Source: an uncultured Pseudomonadota bacterium (GTDB lineage: Bacteria; Myxococcota_A; Polyangia; Fen-1088). Taken from it: 64,000 nucleotides of DNA. The position numbers and the translations under genes are program-made. Where the stretch lies: contig CAWKBC010000035.1 of assembly GCA_963847705.1 (NCBI GenBank), positions 32,001-96,000 of the forward strand, read 5' to 3'. Numbering within the stretch: position 1 is the stretch's first letter; each line of letters begins with the position of its first letter. This document shows, in pieces, positions 47,460 to 56,264 of this stretch. The notes below the pieces were generated by a model. It did no database searches. It saw only the letters and a program-made list of their open reading frames with translations, and had not been told where the DNA came from.

Positions 47460-47579
47460 CGGCGGCGCCTCCGTTCTGATGGTTGCGAGAAGCCTTGGCG
47501 CCGAGCAGCTCTGCTTCTGGCGAAGCCTCGCACGAGAGAAGCGGAGCGCCGAGCGGGCGGGGCGAAGCGGGCCTTGGGA

Positions 47580-47630
47580 GGACACATGCGGCGCCAGCCG
47601 CATGTGTCCGGACAAGGCCCCATCTTGCTA
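47580..47630 (+). promoter_or_regulatory. Origin of transfer (oriT), MOBP-type
   Basis: 13-bp perfect inverted repeat GGACACATGCGGC-GCCA-GCCGCATGTGTCC followed by nic-like CATCTTGC, between divergent mob genes. Confidence 0.7.
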
Positions 47631-47715
47631 TCCGTGATCGACAGCCGGTGAGACCAGGGTCGGAAGCAGCGGTGTTCACGTACTGGTTCTCGGCCAGGAA
47701 CGCGAGAATGTTGCT

Positions 47716-47867
47716 CGAACCAAGCAACTTTTTTCGCGCGTGGCCGAGAACCCCCTGCGAGGAGCGCTCCGTGAACAACGTCCACGCGGAAAAAGAGAAA
47801 AAGTTACCCGAACCAGGCAACTTTTTTCGTCGCCTGGCCGAGAACCCCCTGCGAGGAGCGCTCCGTG
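47716..47867. repeat. Two about 58-bp direct repeats upstream of the mobC-like gene
   Basis: 47716-47773 and 47809-47867 share ...TGGCCGAGAACCCCCTGCGAGGAGCGCTCCGTG. Confidence 0.85.
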
Positions 47868-47912
47868 CCGTGAGCGACGACTAGATGCGAGCTCCATCGC
47901 GCTGAGGAGATC

Positions 47913-48380
47913 ATGGACTACACACTCGAGACCGCGAGACGCGTCGCTGAGGAGCTTCGCGCCATCCCTCCGAAAGACCCGTCGAAGCGACGGCTCGACA
48001 AGCAAGGGATGGTGAAAGAGCTCACGGACGAAATCATTGCGCTGCAGCAGCGCGGGTACACGATCGAAGAGGTCGCCGAAAGCCTGCGCGAGCGCGGACT
48101 AGAGATCACAACCCCGACCCTCAAGAACTACCTCCAACGGGTCAAGCGCGCCGGAGGGAACGGCCGCAAGCATCGGCGGACGGCGGGCTCGCCGCGCACC
48201 CGCGCCGAAACGAACGAGTCCGCGGTGTCCAGACCCGGACCCGAGTCAGCCCTTTCCGAATCGGATTCAAAGGGGGCAGCAACCAGCGCGAAAGCAGAAT
48301 CGCCCCCGCGAACGCCGAACGAGCCGGCCCTCCGCAGCGGCAAGAGCGCGTTCCTCGTCAAAGACAAAGAGAGCTACTAA
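47913..48380 (+). CDS. MobC/TraK-like DNA-binding protein
   Basis: EIIALQQRGYTIEEVAESL...ITTPTLKNYL; GAGGAG RBS. Confidence 0.7.
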   Translation: MDYTLETARRVAEELRAIPPKDPSKRRLDKQGMVKELTDEIIALQQRGYTIEEVAESLRERGLEITTPTLKNYLQRVKRAGGNGRKHRRTAGSPRTRAETNESAVSRPGPESALSESDSKGAATSAKAESPPRTPNEPALRSGKSAFLVKDKESY

Positions 48381-48398
48381 CCGAAAGGACGGAGAGTC

Positions 48399-49082
48399 AT
48401 GTCGAACACGATTTTTTTGATTGGGGGGGGCAAGGGCGGAGTGGGCAAGTCGCTCATGTCGATGGCGGTTCTCGACTTCCTGCAGGCGACCGGGAAACGT
48501 CCGTTCCTCGTGGAGACCGATACGTCGGTCCCCGACGTATTCAAGACGTACGGGGAATCGGTCGGGGGAGAGCTGGTGAACCTCGACGAACGGGAGGGAT
48601 GGATCGATCTCGTCAACCTGATCGAAAGCAGTCCCGAGAGCACCGTCGTCATCAACACGGGAGCACGAAACCAAACCGGCATCAGCAACTTCGGCCGCAC
48701 GCTCAGCAAGGCCCTCCCCGAGCTGGGTCGGAAGCTGTTGGTGCTCTGGATGATTGACCGGAAGAGGGAAAGTCTGGAGCTGCTCTCGGATTTTACGGAA
48801 GCCATCCCGGAAGCCGAGGTCCACGTCGTCCGGAACATGTACCTCGGTGCCGAGAAGAAGTTCGAGCTCTACAACGCGTCCAAGATGAAGTCGGCGATCG
48901 AGGCCAAGGGAGGTCGGTCGCTGAACCTGGCCGAGCTGGCCGATCGGGTGACGGACGCGATGAACAAGCATCGTCTCACGATCGAGAGAGCGGTCGGCGA
49001 GCTTTCGCTCGGCGACCGCATGGAGCTGGAGCGCTGGCGCGACGAGTGTAAGACGATGCTGTCCGGGGTGGTCGGTGGGTGA
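48399..49082 (+). CDS. MobD/TraL-like P-loop protein
   Basis: GGKGGVGKS, ETDTS.PDV, VINT.AR, HVVRN. Confidence 0.75.
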   Translation: MSNTIFLIGGGKGGVGKSLMSMAVLDFLQATGKRPFLVETDTSVPDVFKTYGESVGGELVNLDEREGWIDLVNLIESSPESTVVINTGARNQTGISNFGRTLSKALPELGRKLLVLWMIDRKRESLELLSDFTEAIPEAEVHVVRNMYLGAEKKFELYNASKMKSAIEAKGGRSLNLAELADRVTDAMNKHRLTIERAVGELSLGDRMELERWRDECKTMLSGVVGG

Positions 49083-49749
49083 GCTCGACGACAGCTTCGC
49101 TGTGCTCCTCGGACGCCAACCGAGCGATAAAGAGAAGCAGGCTCTCTACCGCGTTCGGGACGCGCTGAAGCTCAAAGCGACAGATGCCGTCTGGATGCTG
49201 CTGATGGCCCTCCAGCATTACCAGACGCTCTATGAGCAATTCCCGGCCCGGATCGCGGAGGCGGCACGCGACGTCACCAAGACGGCACGCGCGACGGCGG
49301 AAGCGGAAACGAAAGCAGCACAGGAAGCCACGAAGAGAGCGCTGATGACGGCCGTCCACGAGGCGGCTGTGAAATCATCGGCGAAAGCCGCGGGCGCCCA
49401 GCTAGCGAAGTGGGTGAGCGTCGCCGGCGGTGTGGTGTGCGTCAGCCTTCTCGCAGTGGGGTGGAGCGCGTTCGGTCAGGGACGCGAGAAAGGCCAGGCG
49501 GTAGGAGAAAACGTGGCCAGAAAGCAGTGCGCGGCGCTCGTGGCCGCGTCGTCCTGGGCAAACACTCCCGAGGGACAGCTCGCATACGCGTTTGCGAAAG
49601 CAGGAGGCCTCGGCGAGGTCGCCCACTGTGCGGGCCGAGGGATGGTCCCGCGAGACGGTTGGTGCCTGGTTTCGTCCGAGCGGGGAAGACCACTTGCGCG
49701 CTGGCCGGTGCCAACCGGAAACGTCAGGACCATAGGAGAGAGCCCATGA
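49075..49749 (+). CDS. MobE/TraM-like protein
   Basis: LLGRQPSD.E.Q.LYRVRDAL...DA.W, coiled coil plus TM. Confidence 0.65.
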   Translation: MGELDDSFAVLLGRQPSDKEKQALYRVRDALKLKATDAVWMLLMALQHYQTLYEQFPARIAEAARDVTKTARATAEAETKAAQEATKRALMTAVHEAAVKSSAKAAGAQLAKWVSVAGGVVCVSLLAVGWSAFGQGREKGQAVGENVARKQCAALVAASSWANTPEGQLAYAFAKAGGLGEVAHCAGRGMVPRDGWCLVSSERGRPLARWPVPTGNVRTIGESP

Positions 49750-50075
49750 GGAAGGATGACCGATACGTCGACGACGAAGCTCCGACAGGCGTCTTCACGC
49801 GACCGGATGCGATAGACGTCACACCCGCACCCCGTAGGGATGATCATCAGCTCTGGAACACGAACGACGTCGCCCGATACCTGAGGGTTAGTCGGTCGTG
49901 GGTCTACCATCGTGCCGAGGCGGGCCTGTTGCCGCTAAGGAGGGTGGGAGGTCTCCTCCGGTTCGACCCGGCGGCGATTCGAGCGTTCGCCACCGGAGAG
50001 GCGACGAACCCTGCAAGCGACGGCGGCGGGGGATCACGAACGGCAGGGCCGCTCGGACGGCGGACGCATCGATGA
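49746..50075 (+). CDS. Excisionase-like HTH_17 protein
   Basis: WNTNDVARYLRVSRSWVY...G.LP..RVGGLLRF. Confidence 0.8.
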   Translation: MRKDDRYVDDEAPTGVFTRPDAIDVTPAPRRDDHQLWNTNDVARYLRVSRSWVYHRAEAGLLPLRRVGGLLRFDPAAIRAFATGEATNPASDGGGGSRTAGPLGRRTHR

Positions 50076-50217
50076 GAAGATCGGCGCCCGAGGAGGGTGG
50101 GCCCGCCGAGCGACAGATGAGTCCAAGGAAAGGGACTTTCTTACGTCGACGTGCTAAGAAAAGTTCGTGGCATAAGTTTTCTTATCTATTGGCGCTCGGC
50201 AAAAAGGTTTCCTAGCG

Positions 50218-51387
50218 ATGACCTCATCCCAGCAGAGGAACACGGGCAAGTTCATGACCCGCCGAATCGGCGGGGAGGAGGTGCGCCTCTATGTTCCGCG
50301 TCCGCTGCCACCGGAGCCAGCCCTCGCGCTCGGCTCCGACGACATCGACCGGCTCGAGCGGGCGAACCGTGCGCTTGGCCGCCTGGATGGTCTGTCGCAG
50401 CTGCTCCCCGATCCCGATCTCTTTCTCTACGTCTACGTCCGCAAGGAGGCCGTCCTCTCCTCCCAGATCGAGGGGACGCAGTCTTCGCTGTCGGACCTGC
50501 TGCTTTTCGAGAACGACTCGGCGCCGGGCGTCCCGCTCGACGACGTGCAGGAGGTGTCGCGCTACGTGGCCGCGATGAATCACGGTCTCGAACGGCTGCG
50601 CGGCGACTTCCCTCTCAGTCTCCGGCTGATCCGGGAGATCCACGAGAAGCTCCTCGCGAAGGGTCGGGGGGCCGGGAAGGAACCCGGGCAGTTCAGGCGA
50701 TCGCAAAACTGGATCGGCGGCAGCCGGCCTGGAAATGCGTTCTTCGTGCCGCCGCCCCCGGAGATGCTCCTCGACTGCCTCGGGCGCCTGGAAAAATTTA
50801 TCCACGACGATCCGGTTAAGACGCCGACGCTGCTTAAGGCGGCTCTGGTCCACGTCCAGTTCGAGACGATTCACCCATTTCTCGACGGGAACGGGCGTCT
50901 CGGGCGCCTGCTCATCACGCTCATCCTCTGCAACGAGGGCGCGCTCCGGCAGCCGCTCCTCTACCTCAGCCTTTACTTCAAGCAGAACCGCGCGCGGTAC
51001 TACGAGCTCCTGCAGCAGGTCCGGACGACCGGCGATTGGGAGAGCTGGATCCGGTTCTTCTTGGAGGGGGTCGAGCAAACGGCCGGCCAGGCGGTCGATC
51101 TCGCGACAAAGGTTAGAGAGCTGTTCGCGCGCGACCGCGCGCGTATCGCCAAGCTCGGGCGAGTGGCGGGCTCGGCGCTCCGCGTACACGAGCTGCTCCA
51201 GAACCATCCCCTCATCTCGGTTCCCAAGGCCTCGAAGTTGCTGACCCTCACCCCTCCTACCGTCCGAGCCTCCCTGACCGCCCTCGGCGAAGTGGGAATC
51301 GTGAATGAGGTTTCGGGCAGGCGCCGGGATCGCGTCTTCGGCTATCGCCGGTACCTCGACCTAATCGGGAGCGACACGAATGCATGA
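50218..51387 (+). CDS. Fic family protein
   Basis: EAVLSSQIEGT, HPFLDGNGRLGR. Confidence 0.92.
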   Translation: MTSSQQRNTGKFMTRRIGGEEVRLYVPRPLPPEPALALGSDDIDRLERANRALGRLDGLSQLLPDPDLFLYVYVRKEAVLSSQIEGTQSSLSDLLLFENDSAPGVPLDDVQEVSRYVAAMNHGLERLRGDFPLSLRLIREIHEKLLAKGRGAGKEPGQFRRSQNWIGGSRPGNAFFVPPPPEMLLDCLGRLEKFIHDDPVKTPTLLKAALVHVQFETIHPFLDGNGRLGRLLITLILCNEGALRQPLLYLSLYFKQNRARYYELLQQVRTTGDWESWIRFFLEGVEQTAGQAVDLATKVRELFARDRARIAKLGRVAGSALRVHELLQNHPLISVPKASKLLTLTPPTVRASLTALGEVGIVNEVSGRRRDRVFGYRRYLDLIGSDTNA

Positions 51388-51470
51388 GCTAGACAGGCGC
51401 TTCCCTTCGGGGAGAACCTTGTTTCTGAGTACGGGCGAGTACGGGGTACCCGCCAAGTGGGAGGTGTGAG

Positions 51471-52847
51471 ATGTCGTCCGTATACAAGAGAGGCAAGCGC
51501 TGGTGGATCCGCTATCGGGATGCCCATCGGCAGTGGCAGAGCGAGGCGTGCACTGCCACCACCAAGACGGAGGCCAAGGACCTCGCCACCGATGTCGAGC
51601 GACGCTGTGAGCGTCAGCGACGCGGCCTCGAGCCGATACCGCCGAGGGACGGCGGCGGAAGCCTCGGCGATCTCTTCTGCTGGTGGCTGGAGACCTACTC
51701 CCAGCCGCGCACCTCTCACGTGCGCGACACGTACACCGTCGAGAGGCATTTCCTCTCCGACCCCATCGCCCGCATCAAGCTCGTCGACGTCACGCCCGGG
51801 TTGATCGAGCGATTCCTGCAAGCCAAGGCGCGGACGCACGGCCCCCAGACGCTGAACCACCTGCGCCGCTACGTGCTCAGCGCCTTCAACTGCGCCCGTC
51901 GAACGGAGCGCTACATGGGGCCGAACCCCGCCAAGGAGGTCTTGCGGCGCACCGTTCCCAAGCGGAAGCCCGACTTTCTGCGCGTCGACGAAGTACCTCG
52001 GGTGCTGGCGGCCATGGACGATCGCTGGCTGCCGCTTTTCGCGGCGGCGATCTACACCGGCCTGCGCAAGGGCGAGCTGCTCGGGCTCCAGAAGAGCAAG
52101 GTGGACCTCCGCGATCGCCTGCTCTACGTCGCCCGTTCCTACGACCGGGCCACCAACAAGAGCAAGCGCGAGGAGGTCATCCCGATCGCGACCGAGCTCG
52201 TCCCCTTCCTCGAGCTGGCGATAAAGGCGTCAAAGTCGGAGCTGGTCTTCCCTCGGCCAGACGGCTCGATGATGAAAGAGGACGTCGACATCGAGAACGT
52301 GCTCCGTCGGGCGCTCGCCCGGGCCGGGATCGTGCTCGGATACGACCACGCCTGCCGCCGGAAAGGATGCGGCTATTCCATGCGGCATGACGACGCCGAG
52401 CTGCGGAATTGCCCGACCTGCAACATGAAGCTCTGGCCGAAGCCGCTGGTCCGCAAAATTCGGTTCCACGATCTGCGCCACACCACCGCCAGCCTGCTGC
52501 TCATGGCGGGCGCGAACCCGGCCGCCGTGCAGCGGATCCTCCGTCACAGCGATCCGCGGATCACCACCGAGGTCTACGGCCACCTCGTGCCCGACTACCT
52601 CCGCGCGGAGATCGATCGGCTCTCGTTCGGGATCGCGCCGTCGCCAAAACCGTCCAGCGATTCGCCAACTTTGGGCGCGCTTCCCACAGGGTTTGCTACA
52701 TCTGTGCTACATCCGGGCCCGATCGAGGCTGCCGATAAGAAAATCGGGCCAACGGCCTCGAACGATTCCGAGGAGATGCAGTTGTGGGCGCGGCGGGACT
52801 CGAACCCACTACCCCCGGCTTCGGAGGCCGGTACTCTATCCAGATGA
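51471..52847 (+). CDS. Tyrosine integrase; 3' end runs through the att core into the tRNA antisense strand
   Basis: TGLRKGEL, FHDLRH, LRHS...T..VY. Confidence 0.93.
   Translation: MSSVYKRGKRWWIRYRDAHRQWQSEACTATTKTEAKDLATDVERRCERQRRGLEPIPPRDGGGSLGDLFCWWLETYSQPRTSHVRDTYTVERHFLSDPIARIKLVDVTPGLIERFLQAKARTHGPQTLNHLRRYVLSAFNCARRTERYMGPNPAKEVLRRTVPKRKPDFLRVDEVPRVLAAMDDRWLPLFAAAIYTGLRKGELLGLQKSKVDLRDRLLYVARSYDRATNKSKREEVIPIATELVPFLELAIKASKSELVFPRPDGSMMKEDVDIENVLRRALARAGIVLGYDHACRRKGCGYSMRHDDAELRNCPTCNMKLWPKPLVRKIRFHDLRHTTASLLLMAGANPAAVQRILRHSDPRITTEVYGHLVPDYLRAEIDRLSFGIAPSPKPSSDSPTLGALPTGFATSVLHPGPIEAADKKIGPTASNDSEEMQLWARRDSNPLPPASEAGTLSR
52691..52711. promoter_or_regulatory. Putative integrase arm-type site
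   Basis: Identical to 30413-30433. Confidence 0.7.
52782..52826. repeat. att core, right copy
   Basis: 45-bp identity with 30252-30296. Confidence 0.95.
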
Positions 52848-52858
52848 GCTACGCGCCC
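52785..52858 (-). tRNA. tRNA-Arg(CCG)
   Basis: GGGCGCG/CGCGCCC acceptor stem, CCGGC-CT-CCG-AA-GCCGG anticodon arm, GGTTCGAGT T-loop; no encoded CCA. Confidence 0.95.
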
Positions 52859-53027
52859 GACTTTGATGCGGGCGCAGAGACTAACCAAATCGGCCGGCCG
52901 CGGCCAGCCTGGATTCCTTTCGTTTTTTCGGCCTTGGCGCCGCCCGCCCCGGAGCCTTCGCCGTCACGCGTCATTAAATTTGCATGAACAGCGCCGGGCG
53001 CCCGTCCCAGGAGATGGAGGGCTCTCA

Positions 53028-53693
53028 ATGAATCCGACGCCGCAATCTTCCCTGGGTGAGCGCGAAGCCATCGATCCGCGACGGCAAACGGAGACCGCGC
53101 GGGTCGTCGTGGTCGACGACAACCAGCTGCGCGCCTCCGCGCTGGCGGCCGCGCTGAAGGGGGCGTCGGACACCATCGTCGTCGTCACCGGACCCGACAG
53201 CCGGGCGATGCAGCATGATCTGTTTCCTGCGGATCTGGTGCTGCTGGCCCTGGGCGGGCGGCAGGTCTCGGCGCTGGCCACGGGCGCAGAAGCCGTGCAG
53301 CGCAATCCCTACGCCGAGGTGATCTTCTACTGCGACGATCCGGACGCGCCCGAGGTCGCTGCGGCGGCGGTCCTCGGGATCACGCGGATTGTCCCGGCGC
53401 AGAACATGGCCGCCTGGCTGTCGCGCGCTGGCGCGCTGCTGGCGCGCGGCGCCTTTCTCCGGCGAGCGGCGGCCGCGACCATCGCGGTCGCGCCCGAGCC
53501 CCCGACGCTGGCGACCTCCGCACTGGACGCCGCGCGCTTGCCGCTGCCGACGGCCGAGATGCGCTTCCGGGAGAGCTACATCCGCTGCCTGCTGACCCAG
53601 AGCGGAAGCCGGCAAGAGGCGGCGCGCCGTGCGGGCGTTCCCTACCGGACGATGTGCGAGATGATCCGCAAGCTCGGCATCTCGACGAAGTAA
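53028..53693 (+). CDS. Pseudo-receiver domain plus Fis-type HTH regulator
   Basis: VVVVDD, phospho-Asp apparently absent; C-terminal EAARRAGV...IRKLGI. Confidence 0.65.
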   Translation: MNPTPQSSLGEREAIDPRRQTETARVVVVDDNQLRASALAAALKGASDTIVVVTGPDSRAMQHDLFPADLVLLALGGRQVSALATGAEAVQRNPYAEVIFYCDDPDAPEVAAAAVLGITRIVPAQNMAAWLSRAGALLARGAFLRRAAAATIAVAPEPPTLATSALDAARLPLPTAEMRFRESYIRCLLTQSGSRQEAARRAGVPYRTMCEMIRKLGISTK

Positions 53694-53830
53694 CCTTTTC
53701 TGAGCCCGGCAGCCTCGGGTCCGCAAGCTCGGCATCTCGACGAGTAGCCTTTTCCGGGGCGCCAGCAGCCTCGGATCCGCAAGCTGCTCTCGACCAAGTA
53801 GCCTTTTCCGGAGCCCGGCAGCGTCGGGAT
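53665..53830. repeat. Three degenerate about 55-bp tandem copies of the regulator's 3' end
   Basis: TCCGCAAGCT...CTCGAC..AGTA.CCTTTTC...GCAGC.TCGG x3. Confidence 0.75.
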
Positions 53831-53846
53831 TGGCGCTGGGGGGCCG

Positions 53847-54314
53847 TCAGCTCTTGCGCCGCTGACCGAGATCGTCGGCCGCCGCCTCGGCGCGCCGCTC
53901 CTGCTCGCGGCGGCGGAGGGCTTCACGGCGCGCGATCGCCTTTTCGACCACCTCGCGCCGCTGCCGCGCCCGCAGGTGCGCCGCCCGCGCGGCCGCCTCG
54001 GCGCGCTCGGCCGCAGCGACGACCTCGGTGCGATGACGGTCGAGCGCCTCGACCGCCGTGCGCGTCGCCAGGCGGAGCCGTTCGGAGAACCGCCGCGCCG
54101 TCTGCGCTCGGGCTGCAGTCGCCGAGGCAGAGGCGGCCTCCGTCGCGCGGGCCGCCGCCTCGGCCGCGCGCGCCTCGGCCGTTCGCCCGGTGAGGCGCGC
54201 CGTCTCGACCTCCGCCCGACGCACGACCGCCGCCGCCTCGCCGAGCGCCCGCTCGGCCTGGAGCTCCTCGGCAACACGCAGATCGCGCAGCGTGTAAAGC
54301 GCGTAACTGGACAT
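53847..54314 (-). CDS. Coiled-coil protein, YscO/FliJ-like
   Basis: Y.L.TL..LR N-terminus, Ala/Arg/Glu coiled coil, E...DDL C-terminus. Confidence 0.5.
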   Translation of the reverse strand: MSSYALYTLRDLRVAEELQAERALGEAAAVVRRAEVETARLTGRTAEARAAEAAARATEAASASATAARAQTARRFSERLRLATRTAVEALDRHRTEVVAAAERAEAAARAAHLRARQRREVVEKAIARREALRRREQERRAEAAADDLGQRRKS

Positions 54315-54350
54315 TGAATCTTGCGGGTCGAGATCCTACCCTCGACCGGG

Positions 54351-56264
54351 ATGGCCGCCACCTCCGAGCAGATGCCCGCCCGTCGTTACCGGATCGAACG
54401 GTACCTGACGGAGGGGGGAATGGGCGCCATCTACGTCGGCAAGAAGCTGGGCCCCGGCGGCTTCGAGAAGGAGGTGGTGCTCAAGCAGCTCCTCCCGGAG
54501 TACACCGCGCGGCCCGAGTTCCGCGATCTGTTTTTTCGCGAGGCGAAGATCTCCGCCACGCTCGATCACGCCAACATCGTTCACGTCTTCGATCTGGTGG
54601 AGTCCGACGAATCGCTGTTCATCGTCATGGAGTACGTGCGCGGCGTCGACCTGCGCACCATCATCCGCCGCTCCAAGCTGCGCCGGCGCGAGCTGTCACC
54701 GGCCGCCGCGCTGCACATCGCGCTGGAGGTGCTGGCTGGCCTCTCCTACGCGCACAACCGGCGGACGCAGGCGGGCGCGTCGATGGCCATCATCCATCGC
54801 GACGTCTCCCCCTCGAACATTCTTTGTTCCGTGCAAGGCGAGGTGAAGCTCTCCGACTTCGGGATCGCCAAGGCCGCAACCCACTCTTCCGCCTTTTACC
54901 GCGTGCGCGGAAAGGTCGGCTACATGTCGCCCGAGCAGGCGCGCAACCAGCCGATCGATCACCGCACCGATCTCTATTCGGTGGCGGTCTGCCTCTACGA
55001 GGCGCTCACCGCCGAGCGGCTGTTCGTCGGCGATCTCAGCACGCCCGCCGACGTCATCTATTCGCAGACGATCGTGCCGCCGTCGCAGAAGCGCAAGGGA
55101 CTGCCGACGGCGCTGGACGTCGTGCTCTCCACGGCGCTCTCTGCCAAGCCCGACGATCGCTACCAGGATTCGGTGGCGTTCGCGGACGCGCTCCGGCAGG
55201 TCGCCCACCGCCACGGCCTGCTGTACTCGGCACCCCAGCTGGGGGAGCACCTCCGGCACATCCTGGGCAGCGATCCGCAGAAGTGGCTGACGGACGACAA
55301 GCCGGGCGCCTCGGGCGATCCGTCGACGCAAAGGATCCCTGCCAAGGAGCTGGAAGGCAAGGAGGCCGCCTCCATCGGGGTGGTGGAAGCGTCGACCTTG
55401 TACGTCATGAGCGGAAACGACATTGTTAATGCTCCGGTGCCGCCCAAGAGCCCGAAAGCCGATCCGCAGCGCCGGCTCCCGCCGACCATCGGGACGCCCG
55501 GCCTGATCATCCCGATCGAGGAGGAGGATCCGAACGAGGCGCCGACCCGCGTGCGCCATGCCGGCCCCGACGCCACGCCACCGCCGCCGATGTACACGCC
55601 GCCGCCGCGGATGGCGCCGCCACCGCCGCCGCGGCCGCCGCGCCGGACCACGATCCCGCCGCCGCTGCCCCTGCCCCCGGTGGCCGCCACACCGATGCCG
55701 CTGCCCGAGTCGCCGTTCGACATTCCGCCGACGCCCGGACCGGTGATGGTGGAGGAGTTTCCGCCAACCCCGCCTCCCTACACCGGGGCCCCCGCGTACG
55801 TTCCGGGCTCGCCCGGCGGTCGCCCCGCTCTTCCCCGGCCGGGCGGTTACCTGGCGCCGCCCGGATTCCGTCCCGCCCTGCCGGCACCCCTCCCGGCGCC
55901 CGCTCCTGCTCCCCCGGCCGGCTACAATCCCGGGCCCAACGGCTTGGACACCGGTTACGGCGTGAACGCCGGCTTCAACGACGGCGGGTTCAACAACACG
56001 GGGTTCAACCCGCAGGGCGGCTTCAACCTGGCGCCGCCCGCGACGATCGACTTCGGCGCCGACGTGGCGCCCATGGTGACGGCGCGCCGCTCGGGACCGC
56101 CCGGTCTGGTGATTCTGATCGTGCTCTTGGGCGCCGCGATTGGTGGAGCGAAGCTGGGGCAGCTGGCGACGCGCGCCGACCTGGCGGCGCTGGAGGCGGA
56201 GGCCGGGGGGGACGACCGGGACGCAGTTCCCACGGCGGCGCGACCCGCCCCCGAAAACAAATGA
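54351..56264 (+). CDS. Ser/Thr protein kinase with Pro-rich linker and TM
   Basis: GGMGAIY, HRDVSPSN, DFGIAK, GYMSPEQ. Confidence 0.93.
   Translation: MAATSEQMPARRYRIERYLTEGGMGAIYVGKKLGPGGFEKEVVLKQLLPEYTARPEFRDLFFREAKISATLDHANIVHVFDLVESDESLFIVMEYVRGVDLRTIIRRSKLRRRELSPAAALHIALEVLAGLSYAHNRRTQAGASMAIIHRDVSPSNILCSVQGEVKLSDFGIAKAATHSSAFYRVRGKVGYMSPEQARNQPIDHRTDLYSVAVCLYEALTAERLFVGDLSTPADVIYSQTIVPPSQKRKGLPTALDVVLSTALSAKPDDRYQDSVAFADALRQVAHRHGLLYSAPQLGEHLRHILGSDPQKWLTDDKPGASGDPSTQRIPAKELEGKEAASIGVVEASTLYVMSGNDIVNAPVPPKSPKADPQRRLPPTIGTPGLIIPIEEEDPNEAPTRVRHAGPDATPPPPMYTPPPRMAPPPPPRPPRRTTIPPPLPLPPVAATPMPLPESPFDIPPTPGPVMVEEFPPTPPPYTGAPAYVPGSPGGRPALPRPGGYLAPPGFRPALPAPLPAPAPAPPAGYNPGPNGLDTGYGVNAGFNDGGFNNTGFNPQGGFNLAPPATIDFGADVAPMVTARRSGPPGLVILIVLLGAAIGGAKLGQLATRADLAALEAEAGGDDRDAVPTAARPAPENK

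Larger units (their letters stand above)
30252..52826. mobile_element. Integrative (mobilisable-type) genomic island in tRNA-Arg(CCG), about 22.5 kb
   Basis: 45-bp direct repeats at both ends, tyrosine integrase, excisionase-like HTH, mob genes and oriT, visibly lower GC. Confidence 0.92.

Noticed and set aside
30252-52826. Prophage or self-transmissible ICE
   Set aside because: No capsid, terminase or tail genes and no T4SS or coupling protein; the relaxase is truncated.
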